DNA from: an uncultured delta proteobacterium
Lineage (GTDB): Bacteria > Desulfobacterota > Syntrophia > Syntrophales > Smithellaceae
Length of the DNA: 64,000 nt
Direction: 5' to 3'
NCBI GenBank assembly: GCA_963730275.1
Contig: CAVSRI010000031.1
Coordinates: 323-64,322 of the forward strand
Below the pieces are notes generated by a model. It was not told the origin of the DNA. It was given only the letters and a program-made list of their open reading frames with translations, and made no database searches. Within the stretch, counting starts at the first letter, position 1. Each line of letters opens with the position of its first letter. Positions 41,950 to 50,421 of this stretch are shown here, piece after piece. The translations under genes and the position numbers were made by a program.

Positions 41950-43149
41950 ATGGCAGGTTTCAGCGAAGCCCCGATGATTCTCAATATCAAATCTGCTTAT
42001 AAGCGTGTGGTATCCGGCGGCCGGGTATATCTGATCTTTGTTGGCTTATTTGGCCTTTTGATGCTGATCGGTATTGGGGCCGGATTTCACGCCTTATTCA
42101 TTGCCGGCTCGCGTCATGCCTACGGAACGTACCGCGAAGTTCCTGTGGCCATGCTCATTTCCACGTATGTCTATTTTGTTGTAGCATCCACAGGACTTTG
42201 TCTGGTTTCTTCGATAGGACATATTTTCGGCGTCCGTGATTTCATGCCCATTGCCAAGCGTTCCGTTTATTTGTCCATTATAACTATCCTGGCCGGTTTT
42301 CTAGTCATCGGGCTGGAAATCGAGCATCCCTTCCGCATGGTTCTATACAATATTATTTCGCCGAACTTGAGCTCCAATATCTGGTGGATGGGAACACTTT
42401 ATAGCTTTGCGTTGGTTTTTCTGACAATCGAATTCATTTTTCTTTTGAAGGAAGAAAAACACAAAAAAGCAGCAATTGCAGGTTTGTTGGGGGTAATCAC
42501 AGAAGTGGCGGCCAACACCAATCTGGGAGGCGTTTTTGCCATGATGCATAGCCGCTCTTACTGGTATGGCCCCTATTTACCCTTTTATTTCCTTTTGTCC
42601 GCCATGATCACAGGTTGCGCCTTTATCATATTTTTTTTCGTTCTGTCCCACTGGATCAACAGGAAAACCATCGATCAGCCAACCAAAAAGGCACTGGAGT
42701 CTGTGGGAAAGCTCGCCATCCTTCTACTCGTAATCATCATGATTTTTACTGTCTGGAAAATGCTGACAACATCTGTAGGCGGAGAATCGGCGATTGCAGC
42801 CATGAACGTATTTATCAGCGGTCCTTATATCTTCAGCTTCTGGGGGATTGAAGTGCTTGGGGGAATGATTATTCCGTTTGTCCTGCTCCTCATCTCTGGG
42901 GGGAAAAATATAATGATCATGTTTGTAGCCTCGGCCATCATGATTTTCTGCATTTTTTTCATGCGCCTGGATATGGTTGTCGTGGGACAAATTGTGCCTC
43001 TTTATTTCGAACTTGGTGTTAACGAATACTCTAAACTGCATACTTATACGCCCAGCGTTAGTGAAATCCTGGTGGTGCTGGGCAGTGTCGGCTTTTGCGC
43101 TTTGGCCTTTCTCCTGGGGGAGAAGATTTTTGACGGATTTAAAACATGA
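41950..43149 (+). CDS. NrfD/PsrC-family polytopic membrane quinone-interacting subunit
   Basis: 399-aa multi-TM protein. Position before an NrfC-like Fe-S gene, with an ATGA overlap at 43146. Confidence 0.8.
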   Translation: MAGFSEAPMILNIKSAYKRVVSGGRVYLIFVGLFGLLMLIGIGAGFHALFIAGSRHAYGTYREVPVAMLISTYVYFVVASTGLCLVSSIGHIFGVRDFMPIAKRSVYLSIITILAGFLVIGLEIEHPFRMVLYNIISPNLSSNIWWMGTLYSFALVFLTIEFIFLLKEEKHKKAAIAGLLGVITEVAANTNLGGVFAMMHSRSYWYGPYLPFYFLLSAMITGCAFIIFFFVLSHWINRKTIDQPTKKALESVGKLAILLLVIIMIFTVWKMLTTSVGGESAIAAMNVFISGPYIFSFWGIEVLGGMIIPFVLLLISGGKNIMIMFVASAIMIFCIFFMRLDMVVVGQIVPLYFELGVNEYSKLHTYTPSVSEILVVLGSVGFCALAFLLGEKIFDGFKT

Positions 43150-43158
43150 AAAAGTTTT

Positions 43159-43896
43159 TTGAACTTCAGGGAAAAAGAAAAAGAAACCCCGGAATATCCT
43201 CTCGATCAGGAACGTCGCGAGTTTCTGAAAATCGGTCTTACGATAACGGGCGTCCTTGCCGGCGGCACTGTTCTGTCTCTTATATCCAACGTGGGGAAAG
43301 CTTATTCTCTCGATGCTTACCGCAGAAAGTATCCCTATAAGCCGCATTACAGCATGGTAGTAAGGCAGGATCGTTGTATCGACTGCAAGCGTTGCATGGA
43401 GGCCTGTGTGGCCACCAACCGCGTGCCCAATTACGGATGGAGAACAATTATTTTAAAAAGGGAAGTTCCCGAATCTGTCGATCAAAAATGGGATTTCATA
43501 CCCATCCTTTGCAACCAGTGCAACGATCCTCCCTGTGTGCGGACTTGTCCAACACGGGCAACCTATAAAGATAAAACCAACGGCATCGTGATGATGGATA
43601 ACAAGAAATGTATAGGATGCAAGTCCTGCATGATGGCCTGTCCCTACGATGCTCGCTACTATAACGAAGCCAGGAAAGCGATTGATAAGTGCGATTTCTG
43701 TTTTGAAGCGCGGCTCTCGAAAGGCATAGAGAACGTGGCCTGTTCCCAGGCCTGCCCCGCCGATGTGCGGGTATTCGGCGATTTATCTGATCTCGAGAGC
43801 AGAGTCTATAAGCTCGTCCATCAATTACAAAAGCCGGTTTGGGTATTAAGAGAAGAAGTGGGCGCTAAACCAAATATTTTTTATATGAAAGGCTGA
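43159..43896 (+). CDS. NrfC/PsrB-like 4x[4Fe-4S] ferredoxin subunit with a Tat signal
   Basis: Twin-arginine motif QERREFLKIG. Cys clusters CIDCKRCMEAC, CNQCNDPPCVRTCP, CIGCKSCMMACP and CDFC...CSQACP. The real start may be ATG 43146 (coupled to the nrfD stop), with a 1-nt homopolymer error, for example at CCCC 43187-43190. Confidence 0.85.
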   Translation: MNFREKEKETPEYPLDQERREFLKIGLTITGVLAGGTVLSLISNVGKAYSLDAYRRKYPYKPHYSMVVRQDRCIDCKRCMEACVATNRVPNYGWRTIILKREVPESVDQKWDFIPILCNQCNDPPCVRTCPTRATYKDKTNGIVMMDNKKCIGCKSCMMACPYDARYYNEARKAIDKCDFCFEARLSKGIENVACSQACPADVRVFGDLSDLESRVYKLVHQLQKPVWVLREEVGAKPNIFYMKG

Positions 43897-43906
43897 GAAA
43901 GTTTCG

Positions 43907-44674
43907 ATGAAAAAAAGCCGCATGCTTTTAATGTTACTAGCATCTCTTTGCATCGCGAATATCTGCGCGGCTGCCGATAGTGATTTTTCCGACGGAGGAG
44001 GTATTCTTTACACCCAGCCGGTGCCGGCTGTTATCTTCCGGCATAAATATCACGTGGATGTCAAAAAGCTAAGCTGTGAAAAATGCCACAGCGGCCTTTT
44101 TGAGATGGAAGCACTAAATGCCCAGGAAAAAAATGATTTCACTATGAAGTCCCTGGACGAAGGAAAGTATTGCGGAGCCTGCCACAATGGGGAAGACGCT
44201 TTTGCTTCCGATACCCAGTGCGCCAGATGCCATGTCCGTCTGACCGATTGGGAAGATCAAGTGGGGCACGTCAAGGGAAAACCAGCGCCATATAAAATCC
44301 CCATTTACAATACATCTATAAATTATGGCAAAGGTGAAATGCAAGTCCGCTTTAACCACGAAAAACATTCAGCGCCTTTGAACTGCCGTGATTGCCATTT
44401 AAAGCTCTTTTCAATCAAGAAAGGGTCGAACAGTATGACACTTGCGGATCACAACCGGCAAAAATCCTGCTTTGGATGTCATGACGGGAAAGAGACCTTT
44501 TCCTGGTATAGCTGTAATAAATGCCACAAAAATTGGACAGAAATTGCCCAGGTAGGGCCTCTGAAATACAAAGCTGTTGCTAGTAAAGGCAGTTGTTATA
44601 AATGTCATACCAGCGACAGCGAAATGAAAGCACTAGTAAAAGCGCCGGTCATTCAAGGTGAGGGCGAGGGGTGA
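43907..44674 (+). CDS. Secreted heptahaem cytochrome c (two c7/c3-like trihaem units plus one), ends at TGA
   Basis: Signal peptide MKKSRMLLMLLASLCIANICAAA. Seven CxxCH motifs (CEKCH, CGACH, CARCH, CRDCH, CFGCH, CNKCH, CYKCH). Confidence 0.8.
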   Translation: MKKSRMLLMLLASLCIANICAAADSDFSDGGGILYTQPVPAVIFRHKYHVDVKKLSCEKCHSGLFEMEALNAQEKNDFTMKSLDEGKYCGACHNGEDAFASDTQCARCHVRLTDWEDQVGHVKGKPAPYKIPIYNTSINYGKGEMQVRFNHEKHSAPLNCRDCHLKLFSIKKGSNSMTLADHNRQKSCFGCHDGKETFSWYSCNKCHKNWTEIAQVGPLKYKAVASKGSCYKCHTSDSEMKALVKAPVIQGEGEG

Positions 44675-44722
44675 GCAGGAGCGCCTCCCCCAGTTAGGGC
44701 GGAAGAATATTACAAGGGTTAT

Positions 44723-45733
44723 ATGATAAATCAGGAGTCGATCAGCAAGGATTTTCACTTTGCCCTGGAATGCGTTTTTTGCCATAAAGGCGATGACAAA
44801 AAAGAAACGAAGGAGTCAGCGCACGCGGGATTAATTGCCAGGCCATCCGATGATTTTAAAATCTGCGGCATCTGTCACAAGAAAGTCGTGCTTAACTACA
44901 GCAAAGCCCTGCATTATACCAGCCTGGGACAGCGGGAAGGCGTCAAGCACAGGTTTTCCGCGGAAGAACTCAAAACTTTCGACAGCAAGGTTTTTGAACA
45001 ATCATGCCGGACCTGTCATGCCTCCTGCGGCGACTGTCATGTCAAATCTCCGCCTGTTGCCGGCATTACCACCGGCTTTTTGCAAGGCCATAAATTCGTC
45101 AATAAAAATGAAGGCAAAACCTGCGCCTCCTGTCACGGCGGGCGTGTTTATCCAGAATTTACCGGTGAATACGGAGGGACGCCCGATGTTCATTACCAGA
45201 AGGGCATGATGTGTGTGGATTGCCACAAAAAGCGTGAAATGCATGGAGACGGTATGATGTATAAATCCAAGCAGGAAGTCAAGGATCGTCCCCAGTGCTT
45301 ATCGTGCCACAAGAAAAGAAAATACGAGCGTTCCCATGAAACACACAAGGATACGGTTAGCTGTCAGGGTTGCCATTCTTCCGATCAATATCGCCAGTGC
45401 TATAATTGCCACACGGAGTCGGGATCAACGTCCAAGCCGGATTTCCTTTTGGGTTTAAACCCGCGGGATAAGAAGACATTAACAACGCTCAGGCTCATTC
45501 CTACTATAAAGACTACATTTAATAAGGCCGGAATCAAGATGAAGAACTTCGATGCCCTGCCCAACTACTGGGATTCGTCCGTGCACAACATCAAGAAACG
45601 GACGGAGCGGACTCGTTCCTGCGATTCCTGCCACGTAGCAAAAGAAGGGTTCCTTAAGCGCGAAATGCTTATTAAGGATGGTTCAAAAGCGAATGAAGAG
45701 TTAATCTACAACATTAAACCAATCAACAAGTAA
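44723..45733 (+). CDS. Decahaem cytochrome c ORF without a signal peptide, probably the continuation of 43907-44674
   Basis: Ten CxxCH motifs (CVFCH, CGICH, CRTCH, CGDCH, CASCH, CVDCH, CLSCH, CQGCH, CYNCH, CDSCH). No hydrophobic N-terminus and no convincing RBS. Same frame as the upstream ORF. Confidence 0.7.
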   Translation: MINQESISKDFHFALECVFCHKGDDKKETKESAHAGLIARPSDDFKICGICHKKVVLNYSKALHYTSLGQREGVKHRFSAEELKTFDSKVFEQSCRTCHASCGDCHVKSPPVAGITTGFLQGHKFVNKNEGKTCASCHGGRVYPEFTGEYGGTPDVHYQKGMMCVDCHKKREMHGDGMMYKSKQEVKDRPQCLSCHKKRKYERSHETHKDTVSCQGCHSSDQYRQCYNCHTESGSTSKPDFLLGLNPRDKKTLTTLRLIPTIKTTFNKAGIKMKNFDALPNYWDSSVHNIKKRTERTRSCDSCHVAKEGFLKREMLIKDGSKANEELIYNIKPINK

Positions 45734-45749
45734 CCAAAGGAGGGTATTT

Positions 45750-46643
45750 ATGAAAAAAGTGAAATGGTTGAAAGCAGTAGTGATTGTTATTGCGTTATTA
45801 CTGCCGCTGACGGCTATGGCCAGAGGCATTGATCCCATCGTATCCACGGACTGGCTCCAGAAAAATCTGAAAAACGCAAAAATAGTCATCGTGGATGTGC
45901 GCAAGGTGGAAGATTACCAGACAGGCCATATTCCGGGTGCTGTTAATGTATTTTACGGTTCCTGGGTAATCAAAAAGGGAGACTTGCTCAACGAACTGCC
46001 GCCGATTGATGACCTTGCTGACATTATCGGAGGCGCGGGAATTAACAAAAATTCTCTGGTGGTAATTGTCGGAAAAACAGAGAAAGTCCCTGATCAGTTC
46101 GACATGACTCGCGTTGCCTGGACATTGAAGGATGTAGGTGTCTCCAATGTTGCCATTCTCAACGGCGGATACACTCAATGGGCAAAGGAAAACAAACCCC
46201 TATCCCAGGATATCGTGAAGGCGAAGGCAAAACCATTCAAGGGTGCCGCCTATAAGAATCTATTCGTGGATAAAGCCTTTGTGCTGGACAAGATAGGTAA
46301 GACCACCATTATAGATGCCCGTGGTCCAGCTTTCTACGAGGGGAAAGAAAAACTTGCTTTCGTGCCCAAAACAGGGCGAATCAAGGGAGCTGTTAATCTT
46401 CCTGTAGGCCAATTGTATACACCGGAAGGTTTATACAAAGCTAAGTCGGAGCTTGCTGCACTTGCTGAAAAGGTGGCAGGGAAGGATCTGACCAAAGAGC
46501 TCATTCTTTATTGCGACACCGGCAAGACTGCCACAGCCTGGGCATTTATCATGACCGATATGCTCGGCTACAAAGATGTAAAGGTCTATGATGGCTCCTC
46601 CCAGGAGTGGTTGGCAGATCCCAATGCACCGACGGAACCATAA
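45750..46643 (+). CDS. Periplasmic tandem-rhodanese sulfurtransferase
   Basis: Signal peptide AVVIVIALLLPLTAMA. Two rhodanese domains. The C-terminal domain has the active-site loop YCDTGKTA; the N-terminal domain has no Cys. Confidence 0.85.
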   Translation: MKKVKWLKAVVIVIALLLPLTAMARGIDPIVSTDWLQKNLKNAKIVIVDVRKVEDYQTGHIPGAVNVFYGSWVIKKGDLLNELPPIDDLADIIGGAGINKNSLVVIVGKTEKVPDQFDMTRVAWTLKDVGVSNVAILNGGYTQWAKENKPLSQDIVKAKAKPFKGAAYKNLFVDKAFVLDKIGKTTIIDARGPAFYEGKEKLAFVPKTGRIKGAVNLPVGQLYTPEGLYKAKSELAALAEKVAGKDLTKELILYCDTGKTATAWAFIMTDMLGYKDVKVYDGSSQEWLADPNAPTEP

Positions 46644-46676
46644 CAAAAATAACAAAGAAGTTGTGTAAAAGAAAAA

Positions 46677-46710
46677 GCCCGGTGGTAAAATTATCGCCGG
46701 GCTTCTTTCT
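46677..46710 (+). terminator. Rho-independent terminator after the rhodanese gene
   Basis: gcccggtg / cgccgggc 8-bp stem followed by ttctttct. Confidence 0.65.
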
Positions 46711-46796
46711 ATATGGGTTCAACAATTTTTTATGGTGCTAACTGCCGACCAATCAAAAAAATAAGTCAATATTTAGCAATAAGGACAGATTCAAAT

Positions 46797-47126
46797 TTAT
46801 TGTAGCTCATTTTTCATTCGATCAAATTCTTCTTTTGTTATCTCGCCTTTGGCATAACGCTTCTTTAGAATGTCTATGGGTGACTCCATTGTCTGTCCCG
46901 TTCCATTCTTCAACTTAACATTTTGAACAATAAAGTAAATCGCTACACCGAGTACAATCAAAAACAGTATCCACATAAACATACCTCCATATCCAAACGA
47001 ACATCCATAATTTCCAGTACGATCCCAACCACCCATCATATATCCATAAGGACCAGAGCACATGGTTAAAAACGGCACCAATGTTAAAACAACAAATAAA
47101 TAAATTTTCTTCACTAACTTTTGCAC
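46797..47126 (-). CDS. SHOCT-domain membrane protein
   Basis: TM segments plus C-terminal IDILKKRYAKGEITKEEFDRMKNEL. Confidence 0.7.
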   Translation of the reverse strand: MQKLVKKIYLFVVLTLVPFLTMCSGPYGYMMGGWDRTGNYGCSFGYGGMFMWILFLIVLGVAIYFIVQNVKLKNGTGQTMESPIDILKKRYAKGEITKEEFDRMKNELQ

Positions 47127-47289
47127 CTTTCCAGGTCATCGTCTCATATGACCTTTTTAGCTTTCATCTAAGTAAAGAATTGGTTTACGAAATCTGAATA
47201 TTTGGTAATCAGGATATTGTCGTTTATCTTTTAAAAAAACCAATATCGTTTAATACTCGTACCGACAAGACCTGCTGCAGACAAGGTTG

Positions 47290-47613
47290 CTATCTATTTT
47301 TGCCCGTCAAGTAATCAATCATCGGTTGTGTCACCAACGGCACAAGATCACCGATCATGTGCGGCATCAGGCTATCCATAACTTTAGGCATCAGTTCCGG
47401 CATCTGCTCACGCATGTAATCGGGCATGGCAATCTGCGCGGCAACTCTTTCGAGCATTGCCGGCATGACCTTGGGCATCATCATCGGCAGAAGTTTGGGG
47501 AACAAAACGGGAAACATGGGCTTCATCATATTGAGCGCTCCGGGAATCTTGCCCATTACCCGCATCATCGGCCCCATGCCGAAGGGCATGGCATCGATTA
47601 ATTGCGGCCACAT
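47290..47613 (-). CDS. Met/Pro-rich segment, probably the C-terminal tail of the upstream Fe-S protein
   Basis: I count 22 Met in 107 aa, with repeated MP..M / LMP.VM units. It joins ORF 47598-48875 if one A is added near 47615 (..ADLMGKMWPQLIDAMPFG..). Confidence 0.5.
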   Translation of the reverse strand: MWPQLIDAMPFGMGPMMRVMGKIPGALNMMKPMFPVLFPKLLPMMMPKVMPAMLERVAAQIAMPDYMREQMPELMPKVMDSLMPHMIGDLVPLVTQPMIDYLTGKNR

Positions 47614-48960
47614 CTTCCCATGAGATCGGCAAAACCCTGCGGTGTCATCAGCGAGATAAAAGCGTCAAAAACACCCCACTGGCTGTGCACATCCGGATTG
47701 GGATCGGGGAATTCATAGCCCAGAGCGTTTCCGGCCAGATGAGCCAAATCAATAACTTCCAACGGCAAATTTTTCTTTTTCGCGGTTATGCGTAATTGCA
47801 CCTGACAGCAGGGACATAGCGCCAGGACCTTCTCGGCTCCAATCTCAACTGCTTCATCAAGCCTTATTTTACCGATTTCCGCGGCGACAGGAGGATCTTT
47901 AATGAGAGTAAGAACACTGCCGCAGCAGTGGCCTTCCTCGCGGTTGTGCGCCATTTCCACAAATTGTACATTGGGAATCGCCTTGATCAGATCGCGGGGC
48001 GGTTCATAAACACCGGAAGCCCTGCCGATATGACAGGAGTCATGCCAGGTAACCTTTATCGGCTTTAGATTATTCGCCGGAAATTTGAATTCACCGGATT
48101 TGATTTTCTCGGCAATAACTTCCGAATAATGTTTGGTTTTGATATTGTATTCTATTCCTAATTTCTTGGCCCATTCGGGATAGACATTTCGCCACATCAT
48201 ATCGCAGGCTGGGCAGGAGGCAATCACGGTATCCGCACCGGTATGCTTTACAACGGCGATGTTCTTGCGCATGATATCCGCAAAAAGATCCCATTTACCA
48301 GCCACCAGCATCGGCGTCCCGCAGCAATTCTCCGGTTCACCGGCATAGGTAAAATCCACACCGGCCTTGTCAAGCAATCTCACGGTTGCCATGCCGATAT
48401 CATTTTCTACATAGCTTACCGTGCATCCGGCAAAATATACTGTCGGCGCTTTGCGACCGGGACCGTGTTTTTCCTTCAGATCTTGCGGAAACCAGTCGGC
48501 TCTGTTTTTGCGGTAACCGGCCCAAATGTTGCCCTCCGTTCGTAACGCTTCGGCCATCATTTCAAAAGGCGGGAATGTCATCCGTTTTTCCTGATTAATC
48601 AGCTTGCCGCGCAGTTTCATCCAGGAAGGTTCTATGGGCAGAGCCGCGGAACAGCGCAAATTACAAAGCTCGCAGGTCGTGCAGACTAAAAAAGTATCTA
48701 TCTGCGCCTGAGTCCACTTGGCCCTTCCTTCCAGATATTCCCTGAGCCAATACCACTTGCCGCGCGGAGCACTGGCTTTCCCAGCCGCGGCCGTAGAATT
48801 GATCACATTCCTCCACACAATAGCCGCATTGCGAACAGCTGTAGGCATACCAGACAACATCCGAAGGGATGTCACTTACGGGATAAGTTTTTCTCTCTCC
48901 GATATGCGTGATGACGTAATTACCGAAAGGCCGAATCAGTGGCTCAAAAGCGGAGCTGAT
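47598..48960 (-). CDS. (Fe-S)-binding / CCG-domain (GlcF/HdrD-like) part of a fused oxidoreductase, frame-broken
   Basis: My translation of 48790-48960 in another frame gives YSCSQCGYCVEECDQFYGRGWESQ (ferredoxin-like cluster). It then continues in ORF 47598-48875 with TCELCNLRC, ENCCGTP and GHCCGS (CCG motifs). Confidence 0.75.
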
Positions 48961-48962
48961 AC

Positions 48963-50361
48963 TCAGGCGCTGTCCATTAGACTGTAACCGATAACTTTCC
49001 CCGGATTGAAAATATCATTTTTATCCGTCTTTTTCTTAAAAGCTTTCAATCTGGCTACACGTTCGGCACCCAATACTTTTTCGGCTTTGGATTTGAAATA
49101 CAAGCCGGTAGAGTAGGCTCGGCCGCCGTTGGCTTCGGCAATTTTCATGATGGATAACGAAAGGCTGAACACAAAATTATAGCTGAATTTGCGCTGATCC
49201 GCGGGAATAAATCCCAGGATAACGACTTCCGGTTTTCCATCCTTGCCTTTGCGGATTACCGTCCCTTCCTTGACAATGGGTTGATTGATTTTATTTTCCA
49301 CTTCCGCCATGAAGCGGCCCAATCGGGAAAGCGGGATGACAACTTCGGCCGGTACCAAGACTGGGGCCAAGACGTTTGACCACCATAAGTTTGAAGCGGT
49401 TTTTCCATTCATGTTCGGCTATGCGCTCGCTTAATATTTCAGCCTGACAACGGCGTAAAATTTCTGGCAGCTTGCTCATCACCTGTGTTGCATCTTTTTT
49501 ATGAAAAGCTATCGTGGCCACATAGGAAGCAGGCAAAAGCACCCTTTCTTCCGCAGGATGACCGTTATGTTCCATCAAGGGCGAACGATTTTTCATTTCC
49601 GCCATTCTGGGGTTAATGAAAACCAAAGACCATAAAGGCAGATCAGCTTTCACTATATCTTCTACAATCTGTTTGAGTGCTTCAGCCTCCGGGCAACCAA
49701 TGGCAATAATTTCGAGTGCTTCTTTCGGTTGGACTTTCATGGTCAAATCGATAATAAAACCGGTTGTTCCTTCCGCGTCGGCAATTAAATCCAGATCAGC
49801 GTTGGTAAAAACACGCACCGAACCATCGGGCAGAGCTACACGGGCGGAAACTACATTTTCCCGAAACCAGCCGTATTGATAAGAACCAAAACCTGCTCCA
49901 CCCTGCGCCAGCCATCCGCCGACAGTAGAACCAGGATAGCTCGACGGATAAAGATTTACCGTAAGCCTCTCCTTGGCCAAAGCTGCATCAACTTTTTCCC
50001 AGACAACACCGGCCTGACAGGTTACTGTTTGCGCTTTTTTATCTATGGACAGAATTTTGTTCAGGCGGAAGAAATCAACAACTATACCTTGTTTGACAGG
50101 CAGAACCCCGCCATAACCGGAAGAAGCTTTTGCCCGTGGCGTGAGAGCGATCTTATTTTGCCTGGCCCAGTTAATGAGATTGACCAGTTCTTCTTCATTT
50201 TGGGGCTGAACAACCGCATCAGGAACGGTCTTGCCGATGAGCGGCGCAATGAGGGAAGGTATTGCCGCAATATCATGGCTGTATAATACGCGCTCCATTT
50301 CATTAAAATTGGCGCGATTGCCAAATTGCTTTTCCAGATATTCTTTCGTCTGCGTGTCCAT
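48963..50361 (-). CDS. FAD-binding (PCMH/GlcD-like) part of a fused oxidoreductase, frame-broken near 49345-49375
   Basis: ORF 49291-50361 gives the FAD-binding N-terminus (ALTPRAKASSGYGGVLP). ORF 48963-49412 gives the C-terminal cap (..GGRAYSTGLYF...DIFNPGKV). Confidence 0.8.
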
Positions 50362-50421
50362 ACATAACCTCCCGTTTCCGGTAAATTGGCCGGATTATAG
50401 AAATGCTTTATATATCCATCG

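Noticed and set aside
43147-43149. The TGA between nrfD (41950-43149) and the nrfC ORF (43159-43896) is also in frame, raising the question of a second Sec readthrough.
   Set aside because: Fusing a polytopic membrane protein to a Tat-signal protein makes no sense. The ATGA overlap at 43146-43149 is a normal coupled stop/start, and a homopolymer indel explains the frame offset of the nrfC N-terminus.
48963-48965. TGA ending ORF 48963-49412, in the same frame as ORF 47598-48875, was considered as a possible Sec codon in the Fe-S oxidoreductase.
   Set aside because: Reading on in that frame hits further stops within 30 codons. The coding signal (CSQCGYCVEEC) is in a different frame, so this is a frame change and not a recoded stop.
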